Assembly: GCA_951406725.2 (NCBI GenBank)
Contig: OX597828.1
Coordinates: 14,756,001-14,820,000, forward strand
Reading direction: 5' to 3'
Source: Octopus vulgaris
Taxonomy: Eukaryota
Length of the DNA: 64,000 nucleotides
Shown: in pieces, positions 13,579 to 24,990 of the stretch
Numbering within the stretch: position 1 is the first letter of the stretch
Layout of the letters: every line of letters starts with the position of its first letter
Program-made: the position numbers and the translations under genes
The notes under the pieces: model-generated
What the model saw: only the letters and a program-made list of their open reading frames with translations
Database searches by the model: none
What the model was told of the DNA's origin: nothing

Positions 13579-14281
13579 CTGAAAATTATTAAAAAAACAA
13601 GTCAGTATTCATGATAACTTTATATTAAAATAAAATTTTCAACAGTAACATTCGTCATTTTTATTTTCTGTATTTGATGAATATTTCGTTGTTTTAATAG
13701 TTTTATACAGTACAAAGACATGTCATTAGTGTTGATACCACAAAGTGCACCCAGTAAACTCTGTAAAGTGATTGGGAAAACACTGGGGTCAAGAGAACCC
13801 TTTAGTCTTGTTGAGGATATGACAACCCCTCTAGTGCTGGTGCCATGATAAAATGATGCTCAATATACTTTGTATAGTAGTACATGTTAAGGGCATCCAA
13901 GCTATAAAAGGAAGTATACAAGTCAGATGTGGTTCTGTCTTGTCCAGAAAGGGAGTAACCAATTGAAAACTGACTCACAATGTGACTATTGTCAAACCAT
14001 GCCAGCATGGAAAACAGACATAAAACCATATTTGAAGTGGGGCAATAAAATAATATGAGAGAGAGAGAGTCCATTATTTAAAGCAATTTCACACACACAA
14101 CCTGAGAAGAGGGGTGAGGAATAGGGGGAAGGGAAAACGTTTTTCTGGAGAAAAAGTGCATCTCAAATGTCATCAACTACAGTAATATACTGACAGGCAT
14201 TTAGTCTGCAATCCATCCTTTTTTTTTTTTTATGAACTCACCATTATTAAATACAATTGATTAAAAAAAATTCTTCTTTAA

Positions 14282-14501
14282 CCTTTTTGATACTAACCTG
14301 GCTGAAACCGGCTCTGGCTCTGAGTACAAATGTCTTGCTTTCATAAGATTTGAGTTAAAATTTTTCATCAAACCTTGGTCACAATTTATGTTCCTAACAC
14401 TAGCTGAATGGTAACTAAGTTATCTTACTAAATTCTTTGTTATATTTAAAGTAATTGAAAGAAACACAGAGCACTTCAAAATAAATACAGTAATGAAAGG
14501 G
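14282..14501. mobile_element. piggyBac-type MITE, family 1
   Basis: Flanked by TTAA on both sides, CCTTT...AAAGGG ends. Close copy at 16594-16815. Confidence 0.8.
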
Positions 14502-14505
14502 TTAA

Positions 14506-14709
14506 CCCTTTAGCATTTAGATTTCTCTGACTAATGTAATGTTCTGAATTTATCGTGCATTATCTCATAGCTTTGAGATTTCGATGATGTGACTGTTTAT
14601 GTTTAGAAAGACATTGTACAGTAGGCAGGAGTGTCCAGATCCAGGCTGTTCTGAACATAAAAGAGGTAAAATATTTGAACCGGATATGACAAGGTTAAAT
14701 GCTAAAGGG
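14506..14709. mobile_element. piggyBac-type MITE, family 2
   Basis: Perfect 14-bp TIR ccctttagcattta / taaatgctaaaggg with TTAA both sides. Partial copy ends near 18885. Confidence 0.85.
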
Positions 14710-14773
14710 TTAAAAAAAAAAAAAAATAGGAATGGGGAGGTAAAAATAGGGGAGTAATTCTTTATGTACTCAC

Positions 14774-14831
14774 TTTTCATAACAGCTAATTGCTCATTGG
14801 TAATATCATTGTCAGCTTGTAATGATTCAAC
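14774..14831 (-). CDS. SLMAP: SLMAP exon: VESLQADNDITNEQLAVMK
   Basis: 58 nt, tag/gtgagt, phase 0 to 1. Matches IEALQADNDFTNERL. Confidence 0.95.
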
Positions 14832-15565
14832 CTATCAACAAATAAAACACATGTGGATTAGCCAGAGGGCTTCTTTATTCATTCATTTTTTTATCAGTTT
14901 TATAAACAGCTTCAAATGAATCCTATCACTAACTTTGTAACTGTGGAAATTTAAACGAACCTCATAAATTAACATATAGTCATTGATCACAAGATAATGT
15001 TACAACTATTGTATTTCATACATAATCAATAGTTATTAAACCGACCGAGTATCTATCATATCTTTTACTTGTTTCAGGCATTTGACTGTGGCCATGCTGG
15101 GGCACTGCCCAGGAGAATTTTAGTGGAACAAATCAACCCCAGTGCTATTTTTTTTTTAAAGTTTCGTACTTAGTCTATCAGTCTCTTTTGCTGAACCAAT
15201 AAGTCATGGGGACATAAACACCTGTGTGTGTGTATACTTGTCCCAGCTGGGAGACAAACAAGCGCGTGCACGCACGCACACACACACACACACACACACA
15301 CATACATACATGTATGTTTGTAGACATGACAGGCTTCTTCAATTTCCACCTAGCAAATCCACTCACATAGAAGACACTTGCCCTAAAGTGCCATGCTGTG
15401 AGATTGAACCCAGAACCATGTGGTTGGGAAGCAAACTTCTTACCACACAGCCATGCATGGGCCTACTTAAATAGATGGAATATATGAAAGAGGAGATAAC
15501 GTACTATCAGCTGTTCCCATTAGATCCGCTTTCATATGTACTTCATATCTATACTTACAGTTAGC

Positions 15566-15791
15566 TTAAAATAAATATGATCTTTGTTGAATCTTAGACT
15601 AATATTCAAGCTATCTTTGACAAGCAAGTAAGCTCATTCACATCTAGATTACAATAAGATAAATGTGCTCTATAAAATGAAGTTTAAAATAAATATGATC
15701 TGTGGTGCATCTTAGATTAATATTCAAGCTATCTTTGACAAGTAGGTTTGTTCACATCCAGATTACATTATGATAAATGTGCTCTACAAAA
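15566..15791. repeat. Local tandem duplication, period 118 bp
   Basis: ttaaaataaatatgatct...aatattcaagctatctttgacaag...gataaatgtgctct occurs from 15566 and again from 15684. Confidence 0.9.
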
Positions 15792-16300
15792 CCAATTCTT
15801 TGCTTTAGGATTTTAGAAAATTCCAAATTAAATACCTTTTAGTGGTTATTAGTTAATCGCTTTAATAATTCACCAAACCCAAATGAAACAAATTATACTG
15901 ATTTGGAAATTTATCATTTTAACATGCTAACTGCCACATGTAACCAGTGAGTCACCACAAACTTTACACAACTACCATATACGGCAGTGGTTGTACATTT
16001 TCATAATTTGAGAAAATATTTTATCTGTATCTTTGATATGATTTTGAGGATATTTAAATAACATGAGTGTTAATATCAAAGTTTAATTATGAAACATTAA
16101 TTATGAAAATGGAGCAGGGAACACACATTTCTTTGTAACTAAAAGGTATGCAATGTCCAGAAATACTTGACATTACCAGTAAGTTTCAGTAACAGGCCGT
16201 GGTGATTAACGTGTTAACTAAAAACATTGCTTTATTACAGATTTTCTAAAACTGCTCAGTTTATTGTTTTCATCAAAATACAAAGACAACAAATAAGTAC

Positions 16301-16411
16301 CTTAGCACAAAGTATTTTCTCTTGTTTTGTCACTTCTTCTAATTTATCTATCAACTCTTGCTTTTCATTCTCAACCTTTTCCAATTCCTCTTGATGCTTT
16401 TTCTTCGCTTC
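16301..16411 (-). CDS. SLMAP: SLMAP exon: EAKKKHQEELEKVENEKQELIDKLEEVTKQEKILCAK
   Basis: 111 nt, tttcag/gtactt, phase 0-0. E/K-rich heptads in the expected position. Confidence 0.92.
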
Positions 16412-16593
16412 CTGAAATGAAATCATTTTAAATGATATACATGACTTACGTAATAAGGGTGTGGAAACTGTTCAGAAATGAATACCCACCATCAGGCACC
16501 TACTTTGAATATCTTACTTCTGTGGACAAAAAAAAAAAAAATCCCAGCACCCATGACTTTTGGAAACAGTTTCTCAGGGTCAGAATTGCTTAA

Positions 16594-16815
16594 CCCTTTC
16601 AATACCAACCTGGCTGAAACCACCTCTGGATATCTAGTACAAATGTCTTGTTTTCGTAAGTTTTGAATTAAAATCTTCCACCAAACCTTAGTCACAATCT
16701 GTGTTCTTAAAACTAGCTTAATGATAACTAAGTTATTTTACTAAATTCTTTGTTATATTTAAAATTAATTGAAAGAAACACAGATCACCTCAAAATAAAT
16801 ACAGTAACAAAAGGG
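16594..16815. mobile_element. piggyBac-type MITE, family 1, second copy
   Basis: TTAA-ccctttc...aaaggg-TTAA, colinear with 14282-14501. More decayed relatives near 21790-22085 and 60525-60680. Confidence 0.85.
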
Positions 16816-17796
16816 TTAAGCATGGAATAAACTACTTACACTAGCAGTTGACTGTCAGGACATTGCATCCTTCAAAACTTCCATGCTTCCCAAAATTTGC
16901 CAACAAGACACCTGATGCCCCCAACTTACATTTTTTATTTTTAACAACTCACTGTTCACTTTCTGTGCATTATTCTATGTACTGTTCACGCACATTTGGC
17001 AACATTTTCTAATAAGCTGAAGTGCACCCAAACACTGTATGCAATAATTTTATTATTATTATTATTATTACCATTGTTATTTTTAACCATCAATCAAATA
17101 TGATTGGAGTGGGGTGAAAAAAAGGAAAGAATGTGTGTGTGTGACATATTCAAGTGCTGAGTGAAAAGTGCTGTCTTCATTACTTCAGTGCAAGAAGAGT
17201 TTACATGTTAGGCTGTCCTCTTGTTTCTGGGGATAGCATTTAGCTTTATTATACTAACTGTACTTCCAAACAATTCCTTCCCCCATCCGCCCAACAGAAT
17301 ACAGATTAGATTAGATTAGATACAAGAGTATCAACTCTCAAAGTGGAGTGTGCTTTCAGCATAGCTTGAGGAATCACATCATTCCTTCATGAGAAACAGA
17401 ATAGAAACATTTGAGCACTGTGAGCTATAAAAAGAAAGGGACAGCTAAGATAACGAGAATGATCAGAAAGAAGAGGTTATGAGAAGCAAAATAGCAGGGT
17501 GGATAAGGTACAAGACTACTAGTTTACAGGTAATGAGATCAAATCCAAAGCAGACATTGTATTGTGTCTCTTGGTAAACACATTTTCTACACACATTGGG
17601 TATTGCCAGGTATTCTGAGAATGTTACCTGTACAATGAACTGGCATTCTACCCAGAAGAGATTTTTCTCTTATCCACTTAACACTATGTCAGAACATTTA
17701 CACCTTGACATTTTACCACATAAAAATAAAGAAGTTGACATAAAAAGTTTGAAGTCACTGACACGGCATATGCAGGAGAGAACATTTCAGATCCTA

Positions 17797-17809
17797 TACA
17801 TATGTGTGC

Positions 17810-17901
<92 letters not shown>

Positions 17902-17992
17902 ATATATATGTGTATATATATATATATATACACACACATACATATATGTGTGTGTGTGTGTGTATTTATATACATATATATGTATATACATG
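17797..17992. repeat. Compound (TA)n/(TG)n/(CA)n microsatellite
   Basis: Direct inspection. Source of six spurious YI/CV/HT ORFs. Confidence 0.95.
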
Positions 17993-18501
17993 TGGATTTT
18001 TAAGCTAGCTCTTGCGGCCCAAAAGAGTTAAAGCCTGACTATAATGTGTCTATATTGACCTATATGCTCCAGTGGTGTTTGATCAGAGATTAAAAATGGA
18101 TGAGAATTAATTCTGTAATGCTATCATTCTATTGTTTCAGTGCCAAGTAGAATTCCAACTTTTGACCAATTTGTACCAAAGTTCTTATCTTGAAGTAAAA
18201 TTAATGAAGCAAATGTTATTTATCCTTCCCTTGACCTCTGACGTCATCTGAGAAACACCATCCAAGCCAGCATGAATCAGCCAAGCTTTACCTGCTAGAA
18301 ATAACAACCCAAATGCTTTTAAATCAGATCCCAATGCTGGATGTTCAAGAACCAAATGAATGGCAGATTTTCAATCCTGGAGTCATCCCGATTCCAAAAA
18401 GGTATAATATGTGTCTGTAGAACAAACGTACTCTGAGATACAGGGGTCCCAGACAGACAGAATTTTACTTTTATTATCATAGATATGTTTTGATGGCTTA
18501 C

Positions 18502-18639
18502 TTCCAGTTTTTTCTGAAGCTGTTCCACTTCTTTGCGCTGCTCTTGATGGTCTGCTGCAAGTTGTTTGAGGTCATTTTGAGTTCTTTCAGTTATTTCTTT
18601 CAAATAACAGCAGTTGTTTTCAGCATTACCTAGAGATTG
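18502..18639 (-). CDS. SLMAP: SLMAP exon: QSLGNAENNCCYLKEITERTQNDLKQLAADHQEQRKEVEQLQKKLE
   Basis: 138 nt, tag/gtaagc, phase 0-0. Coiled coil; matches RSLSNTEDECTHLKEMNERTQEEL. Confidence 0.94.
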
Positions 18640-18920
18640 CTACAATACACAATAAAAACAAAAAAATTGTTTAAACTCACAAAATAAAAGTTTATCAAGA
18701 ACTGATCTGTAAAATCAAGAAGAAAAGAAAAGAATTACTTTAAAAATTCTACACATTAAACACGATTGTTTTATGTTCAAGATGACATTCTAGAGTAGAT
18801 GTGAGATGCCAGATCTGGTCAGTTTGAACATAGAACAAGTAGAATATTTTGGCCAGATATGACCAGTGTAAATGCTAAAGGGTTAAAGATGAAATATTAT
18901 TTTAAAATATTTACATCCAA

Positions 18921-19365
18921 AGGCACCATTCGAGTGTGATCGTTGCCAGCTTCGCCTTACTGGCACTTGTGCCCTATGCTAGTAGGGTGCTAAGAGCACC
19001 ATCTGAGCCTGATCGTTGCCAGAGCGACTAACTGGCTTCCATGCCGATGGCATGTAGGAGGCACCATTCGAGCGGGATTGTTAACAGCATCGCCTTACTG
19101 GCACCTGTGCCGTTGGCATGTGTAAAAAATTCGAGCGAGGTTGTTGTCAGTACCGCCTGACTGGCCCCCGTGCTGGTGGCACGTAAAAGCACCCACTACA
19201 CTCTCAGAGTGGTTGGCGTTAGGAAGGGCATCCAGCTGTAGAAACTCTGCCAGATCAAGACTGGAGCCTGGTGCAGCCATCTGGTTTGCCAGCCCACAGT
19301 CAAATAATCCAATTCATGCTAGCATGGAAAGCAGACGTGAAACGACGATGATGATGATGATGATC
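18921..19365 (+). mobile_element. Composite repeat: four ~65-75-bp subrepeats followed by a common body and (ATG)n tail
   Basis: gcaccattcgag...gatcgttgccag-like units start near 18921, 18996, 19059 and 19129, then ggttggcgttaggaagggcatccagc body. Body also seen at 8220-8385 and 33960-34100. Confidence 0.75.
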
Positions 19366-19695
19366 CATACAGTGAAATTTGACATCTGATTGTTATAAAG
19401 CACTATTTACACATCTTGGAATAAGATGCCTGCAAATGATCAGGAATCAAACAAATCAGAAATTAAACTGATCAAAATTATAGCAAAGATGTAAATATTC
19501 TTGATTTTTTATCTTTAATGATAAGGTTCAGAGTTTGAGAACTTATAATCATATCAACAATATCACACCTCAGGCAGTTGCATCATTTTTACAGGAATCC
19601 CGTATTATAGGAAAACATCTGTAATATCATACAGGGGTACTGTTTTGTAGGAACACATCTATAAAGGTATATCAGTATGACTAATATTTTAATTA

Positions 19696-20014
19696 TGTGG
19701 AGGCGCAATGGCCCAGTGGTTAGGGCAGCGGATTCGCGGTCAGAGGATTGTGGTTTCAATTCCCAGACCGGGCATTGTGTGTGTTTATTGAGAAGAAGTG
19801 CCTAAAAGCTCCACGAGGCTCCAGCACGGGGTGGTGGCGACCCCTGTTGTACTCTTTCGCCCCAACTTTCTCTCACTCTCTCTTCCTGTTTCTTGAGTAA
19901 TGTTGTGATGGACTGGCATCCCGTCCAGCTGGGGGGAACACATACGCCACAAAAACCAGGAAACTGGGCCCATGAGTCTGGCTAGGCTTAAAAAGGGTGC
20001 TTAAAAAAAAATTT
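19696..20014 (+). mobile_element. tRNA-derived SINE family D with TSD
   Basis: Head ggcgcaatggcccagtggttaggg...ggtttcaattccc, A-rich tail, 14-bp TSD taatattttaatta at 19682-19695 and 20015-20028. Confidence 0.85.
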
Positions 20015-20068
20015 TAATATTTTAATTAAACAAAATTCTAAACTGAAGTATCAGCAAGCATTACATAC

Positions 20069-20131
20069 CTCAAGATCAGTTATTTTTCTAACTGCCTCTA
20101 GCTTTTCTTGTAAAACTCGCCGTAACGACTC
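20069..20131 (-). CDS. SLMAP: SLMAP exon: ESLRRVLQEKLEAVRKITDLE
   Basis: 63 nt, tag/gtatgt, phase 0-0. Matches ESLRRVLQEKIEVVRKLSEVE. Confidence 0.96.
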
Positions 20132-21651
20132 CTAGATGAAAAAAAAGGAAGAAAAAGACATTGAAATATACTGAACTGTCATAGTTTAATAACTTCATTT
20201 ATATAACAATAACTACATTGTGGTTTAATGACAAACATTTAAAAATATTCAAAGCTATGGAATAAAATACTACAATTGTCTCAGAAATTAAGTATTAGAC
20301 TAATTAGAATAGTTGAAAGATATTGCTCTCATTTATAAATATTGTACAATTTTAACGAAATATATGTGAAAATGTGTAATGGATTATAGTCAATGGATTA
20401 TAGTACTGCAAGTAACTGAGGTGTTGCACATAGGATGTGGCAGAAAACATTGACGGTCTGACGGTGAATTCAATTGACTGGTAGAAGAATAAGGGGAACC
20501 ACTGAGATCTTGGTAATCATGTAAATATATCGAATAGGAAGTTTCTTATTTCTTTATTACCCACAAGGGGCTAAACATAGAGGGAGACAAACAAGGACAG
20601 ACACAGAACGTAAAGACAGACGGACTACCGCTAAGCATTTCGCCCGGCACGCCAACGTTTCTTAGGAAGTTGGCTTCAAAATGTAACTGTATGAGGGAGC
20701 TGAACTCAGCAAAGATAACCTCCACTCTTTGCTGATCCATTTTTTGTCTTATTCAAAGCAAATCTTGGAGCTTCTACAACAAGTTCGCTTCACCAACCAA
20801 ACTGATGAGATATATAATGGAGTAATTAGAGAGAGTCTAGGTCAGCAATTTGCAACTTTTAATGCTCAACAGCATATTGAATAAAGCACTAGAAATGTTG
20901 ATAGTACAGTCTGTTTTTTTTTATTTTATTTTATTACGTAAAATATAAGCAATAAAACATTTGAAATAGATAGGTGCACACTTTGTTGCAAAGGAATACA
21001 CATGCACTGGTGTAGTGCATCAAAAACAAAGTTTACTAAATGTCCTGGCATTTTTAGACTTTGCTTTAAAAAGTCACGGCACGCCTATGGATCAAATGTC
21101 ACCCACAGCACAGTGGTTGAAAAGGGTAGCACAATGGTGGCCACAAGAGCTGCAGAAAAAATGCAGCCAAAAAATCCTACTTAAATCACACACTAACATC
21201 TCAAAAAATGTAGAACACATTAAATAATGTATTTAGGAGCGAGATACCCGGCACGTTGCTGTACTCAAAAAGACCTCATCCACCACTGCAGAAGTGTTAA
21301 GACTGCATCCCCCGGTAAAGAGGATTGGCCTGCAAGAGCCCTGTGCTGGTGCCACATAGAAAGCACACACTGTAAAAGCAGTTGGCATCCAGCCGTAGAA
21401 ACCAAACCAAATCAAACAGGAACCCAGAGCTGCTCTCTGGCTTGCCTGCCAAACGTCTAGTCAAACTGTCCAGCCCATGCCAGTATGGAAGATGGAAATT
21501 TAAAGGAAGAGGATGTTGATGATGATTCCTAAATAGGAACACCTGGTCCGAAATCTGTTCAACCAAAGCTGACTGGGAATTGAACAATGACAACTATATA
21601 TGGGGAAAAAAGAAAGGTAGAAGTGAAAGTAGAGAATGTAAAAGATCAAAC

Positions 21652-21729
21652 CTTTGCTGTGATCTCATAATGATGTTTATCATCTTGTAAAGCAACTAGT
21701 TCTTGGCGTAAGGTGTCTTCACCATGGTT
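21652..21729 (-). CDS. SLMAP: SLMAP exon: NHGEDTLRQELVALQDDKHHYEITAK
   Basis: 78 nt, tttgcag acceptor, weak gtttga donor, phase 0-0. Matches NQTEDSLRKELIALQEDKHNYETTAK. Confidence 0.95.
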
Positions 21730-22181
21730 CTGCAAAGAAATATTATTTAGTATATATAAAATATTACTCAAAATGATACATAATAAACATTAAAGCCCCT
21801 TTTCATACCAATCTGCCAGAGACCACTCTTGGAAACTTTTATTCAATGCAGACCATCTCACAGGTTTAAGAGTGTCTGTATCTAAATTAAACCCTTCCAA
21901 AATATCATGTAAGAACACTTAAATAACATTTTTATGAAAGAATTCTTTGCTATGATCCCCAAACTGGTTTATTGATGAAGTTAGTTATCTTTACTAAATC
22001 CCTCTAAATTCTTTATTTTCAAATTTAACTGAAAGATATTAGCTGTGTATTTCACTGGCAATATGTTCACATGAAAGGCTTAAAAGGGGGCATAATAAAT
22101 AACAACAACAACAACAATAATAATAATAATAATAAAGACAATCACCATTTACAATAATGCCAAGAGGGGAAAAGAACTTAC

Positions 22182-22253
22182 CTTTGAATAAATAACTAAC
22201 TGACTTTCCAAAACCTCTAACCGCGATAGTAACCGATCTTCATCAATTAGAGC
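22182..22253 (-). CDS. SLMAP: SLMAP exon: ALIDEDRLLSRLEVLESQLVIYSK
   Basis: 72 nt, tttcag/gtaagt, phase 0-0. ALIDEDRLLSRLEV is a hallmark SLMAP motif. Confidence 0.97.
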
Positions 22254-22315
22254 CTGAAATTAAAAAAAAAAAACATACATATTAGAAACAAAAAGAAAAA
22301 AAAATGATATACATA

Positions 22316-22550
22316 CAGGGTTGGCCAAAAGTCACCTGACAGTAAATCAAAATTCCATAAATACTTAACATTCAATTTTTATTTATTCCGATTATGAATT
22401 CCGATAACTGAATACTGCAAGTTAAAAATCACCCCCCCCTTTTTTTTTCCAACATTTGTCTGTTTATTAGTCTCATTCAGTTGTTAAACAAATAAATCCT
22501 GGAATTAAATGGGTTTTGATTTACTGTCAGGTGAATTCTGACCAACCCTG
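22316..22550. mobile_element. Tc1/mariner-type MITE
   Basis: 37-bp terminal inverted repeats (22316-22352 / 22514-22550, 3 mismatches) starting CAGGGTTGG. TA on the left flank, CA on the right. Confidence 0.85.
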
Positions 22551-23335
22551 CATGCATACATACATAAACACACAGATATACATACACTTTTCACACTCTA
22601 GCACACTGACCTACCTCCCCACCTTTTCTGTTCTTTCCCATATTCCCCTTGTACTTCTCTCTCTACCTTGGGAAGCCATGTAATCACCTTTTCAACAAGA
22701 TCCCCATCTTTGTTCTTCATATTTTCACGTCTATCAATACTATACCCCATTCAGTTAAGGAGCCTTGTCTTGCTGAGCTCACAAGTGTTGGTGCCATATT
22801 ATAAAAAACACTCTGCATATACTCTCAAGTGGTTGGCATTAGGAAGAGCATTCAGTTGTACAACCCATGCCAAAGCAGATGCTGGAGCTCAACATAGTCC
22901 TCTAGCTTGTTGGTTCCTGTTGAACCATCCAACCCATGCCAGCACAGAAAAATGGACATCAAACAGTCTTGACGATGAGGATAAATATTTTCTTCGCTGT
23001 TCTTGGTACAAATTTGTAAGTAATTACACAAAGCCGTTAGCGCTTTCGCTGTTTGCTTCCCCACTCCTTATTTTCAATCATACATTTGTCTTTTACTCAT
23101 TTCATTCATTAAAACTGCAGACATGCTGGGGTAATGCTCTGAAGAATTTTTAGTCAAATGACTCAACTTCAGTACTTATTTTTTTTTTTTTAAAGCCTGG
23201 TATTAATTCTATTGGTTTGTTCTGTTGAACTGCTAAGTTACGTGGGAGTAAACACAACACCAGTTGTCAAGCAATGGTGGGGAACAAACACAGACACAAA
23301 GACAGAGAGAGAGAGAGAGAGAGACACACACACAC

Positions 23336-23424
<89 letters not shown>

Positions 23425-23722
23425 CAAGATAATGCAATTCTTGAGCATGTTCTCAGTTTTTTTGTTTTTTTTGCCTTTATTTGAATTGACTACACACACA
23501 TACAACGGGCTTCTCTCAATTTCTGTCTACCAAACCCACTCACAAAGCTTTGGTCAGCCTGAAGCTATAGTAGAAAACACTTGCTCAAGGTGCCACAAAC
23601 TGGGACTGAACTCTGAACCAAATAGTTGGGAAGCAAGCTTCTTACCACAGTCATACATGAAAACTATAAAATAAAATCTTAAAAGTTTTAAAAGAAACAC
23701 ACACACACACAGTGAATCTTAC

Positions 23723-23818
23723 CTGCCAGCCATTTTCTGAAGCTTTTTGAGTGTGCTGTACAAGGGTTTGCAGAGTGGAAAGCTTCCGTTCCAGCATCTG
23801 CTCCCTAAGGAGGGCTTC
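23723..23818 (-). CDS. SLMAP: SLMAP exon: EALLREQMLERKLSTLQTLVQHTQKASENGWQ
   Basis: 96 nt, cag/gtaaga, phase 0-0. Matches EALHREQMLEQKLATLQ...SWQ. Confidence 0.96.
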
Positions 23819-24122
23819 CTGTAAATATATTATAATGGTTATTATAGGACTTGTTAACTTCAGACCAAAGAGGGGGTCAGGGGTTAGAAAAGGATAAAAG
23901 CTGGGAGAATGATGAAAGGGTGTAGGTTGGGACAGGATTGAAAGGGTAAAGATAAAAGTGAGAGAAGAAATCAGGATGCCAGCAGAAGTCAGGATAGGAG
24001 AAAGAAAAATCATGATGGGGTCAGGGCAAGAGAAGGCAAGGTAAACAATTTGGAAAAAACAAGATAAAAGAAAAAAATATTGCTTTACAAAAAAAAAAAA
24101 AAATACAAAAATTTCCAATAAC

Positions 24123-24225
24123 CTGAAGATATTGAGCCAGTTGGTAAAATTCTTGAGACTCTATAGTAATACCAGGAGCCGAAGGGGCCGTGATTGAAGG
24201 ATTATTCAAAATAGTATTGGAATAT
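24123..24225 (-). CDS. SLMAP: SLMAP exon: YSNTILNNPSITAPSAPGITIESQEFYQLAQYLQ
   Basis: 103 nt, ttttatag acceptor, weak gttatt donor, phase 2 to 0. Matches SQELFQLSQYLQ. Confidence 0.92.
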
Positions 24226-24289
24226 CTATAAAATATAAAAAAATTTAAATATTTAAATATTATGAAAACAGGTTCTCAAAAACTGTTCC

Positions 24290-24990
24290 TTCTGGGGCTG
24301 ATAGAATAAATACCAGTTGAACACCAGGGTCAATATAATCAACTAACCCAATCCCCCAAAATTCTAAGCTATGTGCTCATAATAGAAAGAATTATTATTA
24401 TTATTATTATTTGGCAAGCAGGCAGAATCGTTAGTACACCAGCCAAAATGCTTAGCAGCATTCCGTCTGTCTTTACGTTCTGAGTTCAAATTCTGCCAAG
24501 ATCAACTTTGCTTTTCATCCTTTTGGGGTCGATAAATTAAGTACCAGTGAAATTCTGGGGTTAATGTAATCGACTAGTCCCCCATCCCAAATTTCAGACT
24601 TTGTGTTTTTAATAGAAAGGATTAGGAATTTAAATTTGGCCAAGGCCAACTTTTGCCTTTCATCCTTTCAGGGTCAATAAATTAAATACCAGTGAAACAC
24701 AGGGGTTGATGTAATTGACTAGTCCCCTCCCACCAAATTCCAGGACTTGTGCCTTTAGTAGAAAGGATTATTATTATTATTTGGCAAGCTGGCAGAATCG
24801 TTAACACACTGGCCAATATGCATAGCAGCATTCTGTCTGTCTTTATATTCTGAGTTCAAATTCCATGGTTGACATTGCCTTTCATCTTTTAATGGTCAAT
24901 AAAATTAGTAGCAGTGGAGCACTGGGGGTCAACGTAATTAACTTTACCCACCACACCCAAAATTGCTGGCCCTGTGCCAAAATTTGACAT
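24290..24990 (+). mobile_element. Tandem cluster of about four SINE family B units
   Basis: Repeated ggcagaatcgtta...ctgagttcaaatt...ctttcatcc...taccagt units separated by (ATT)n tails. Confidence 0.8.

Noticed and set aside
17596-18031. Cluster of ORFs with [12 protein letters not shown] runs (similar ones at 23212-23674, 43547-43981, 47227-47798, 53168-53730, 61794-62093)
   Set aside because: Translations of stop-free microsatellites and minisatellites; no coding signal.
19696-19775. tRNA-like sequence (also the heads of SINE families A-C)
   Set aside because: No complete cloverleaf; continues into a SINE body with tail and TSD.
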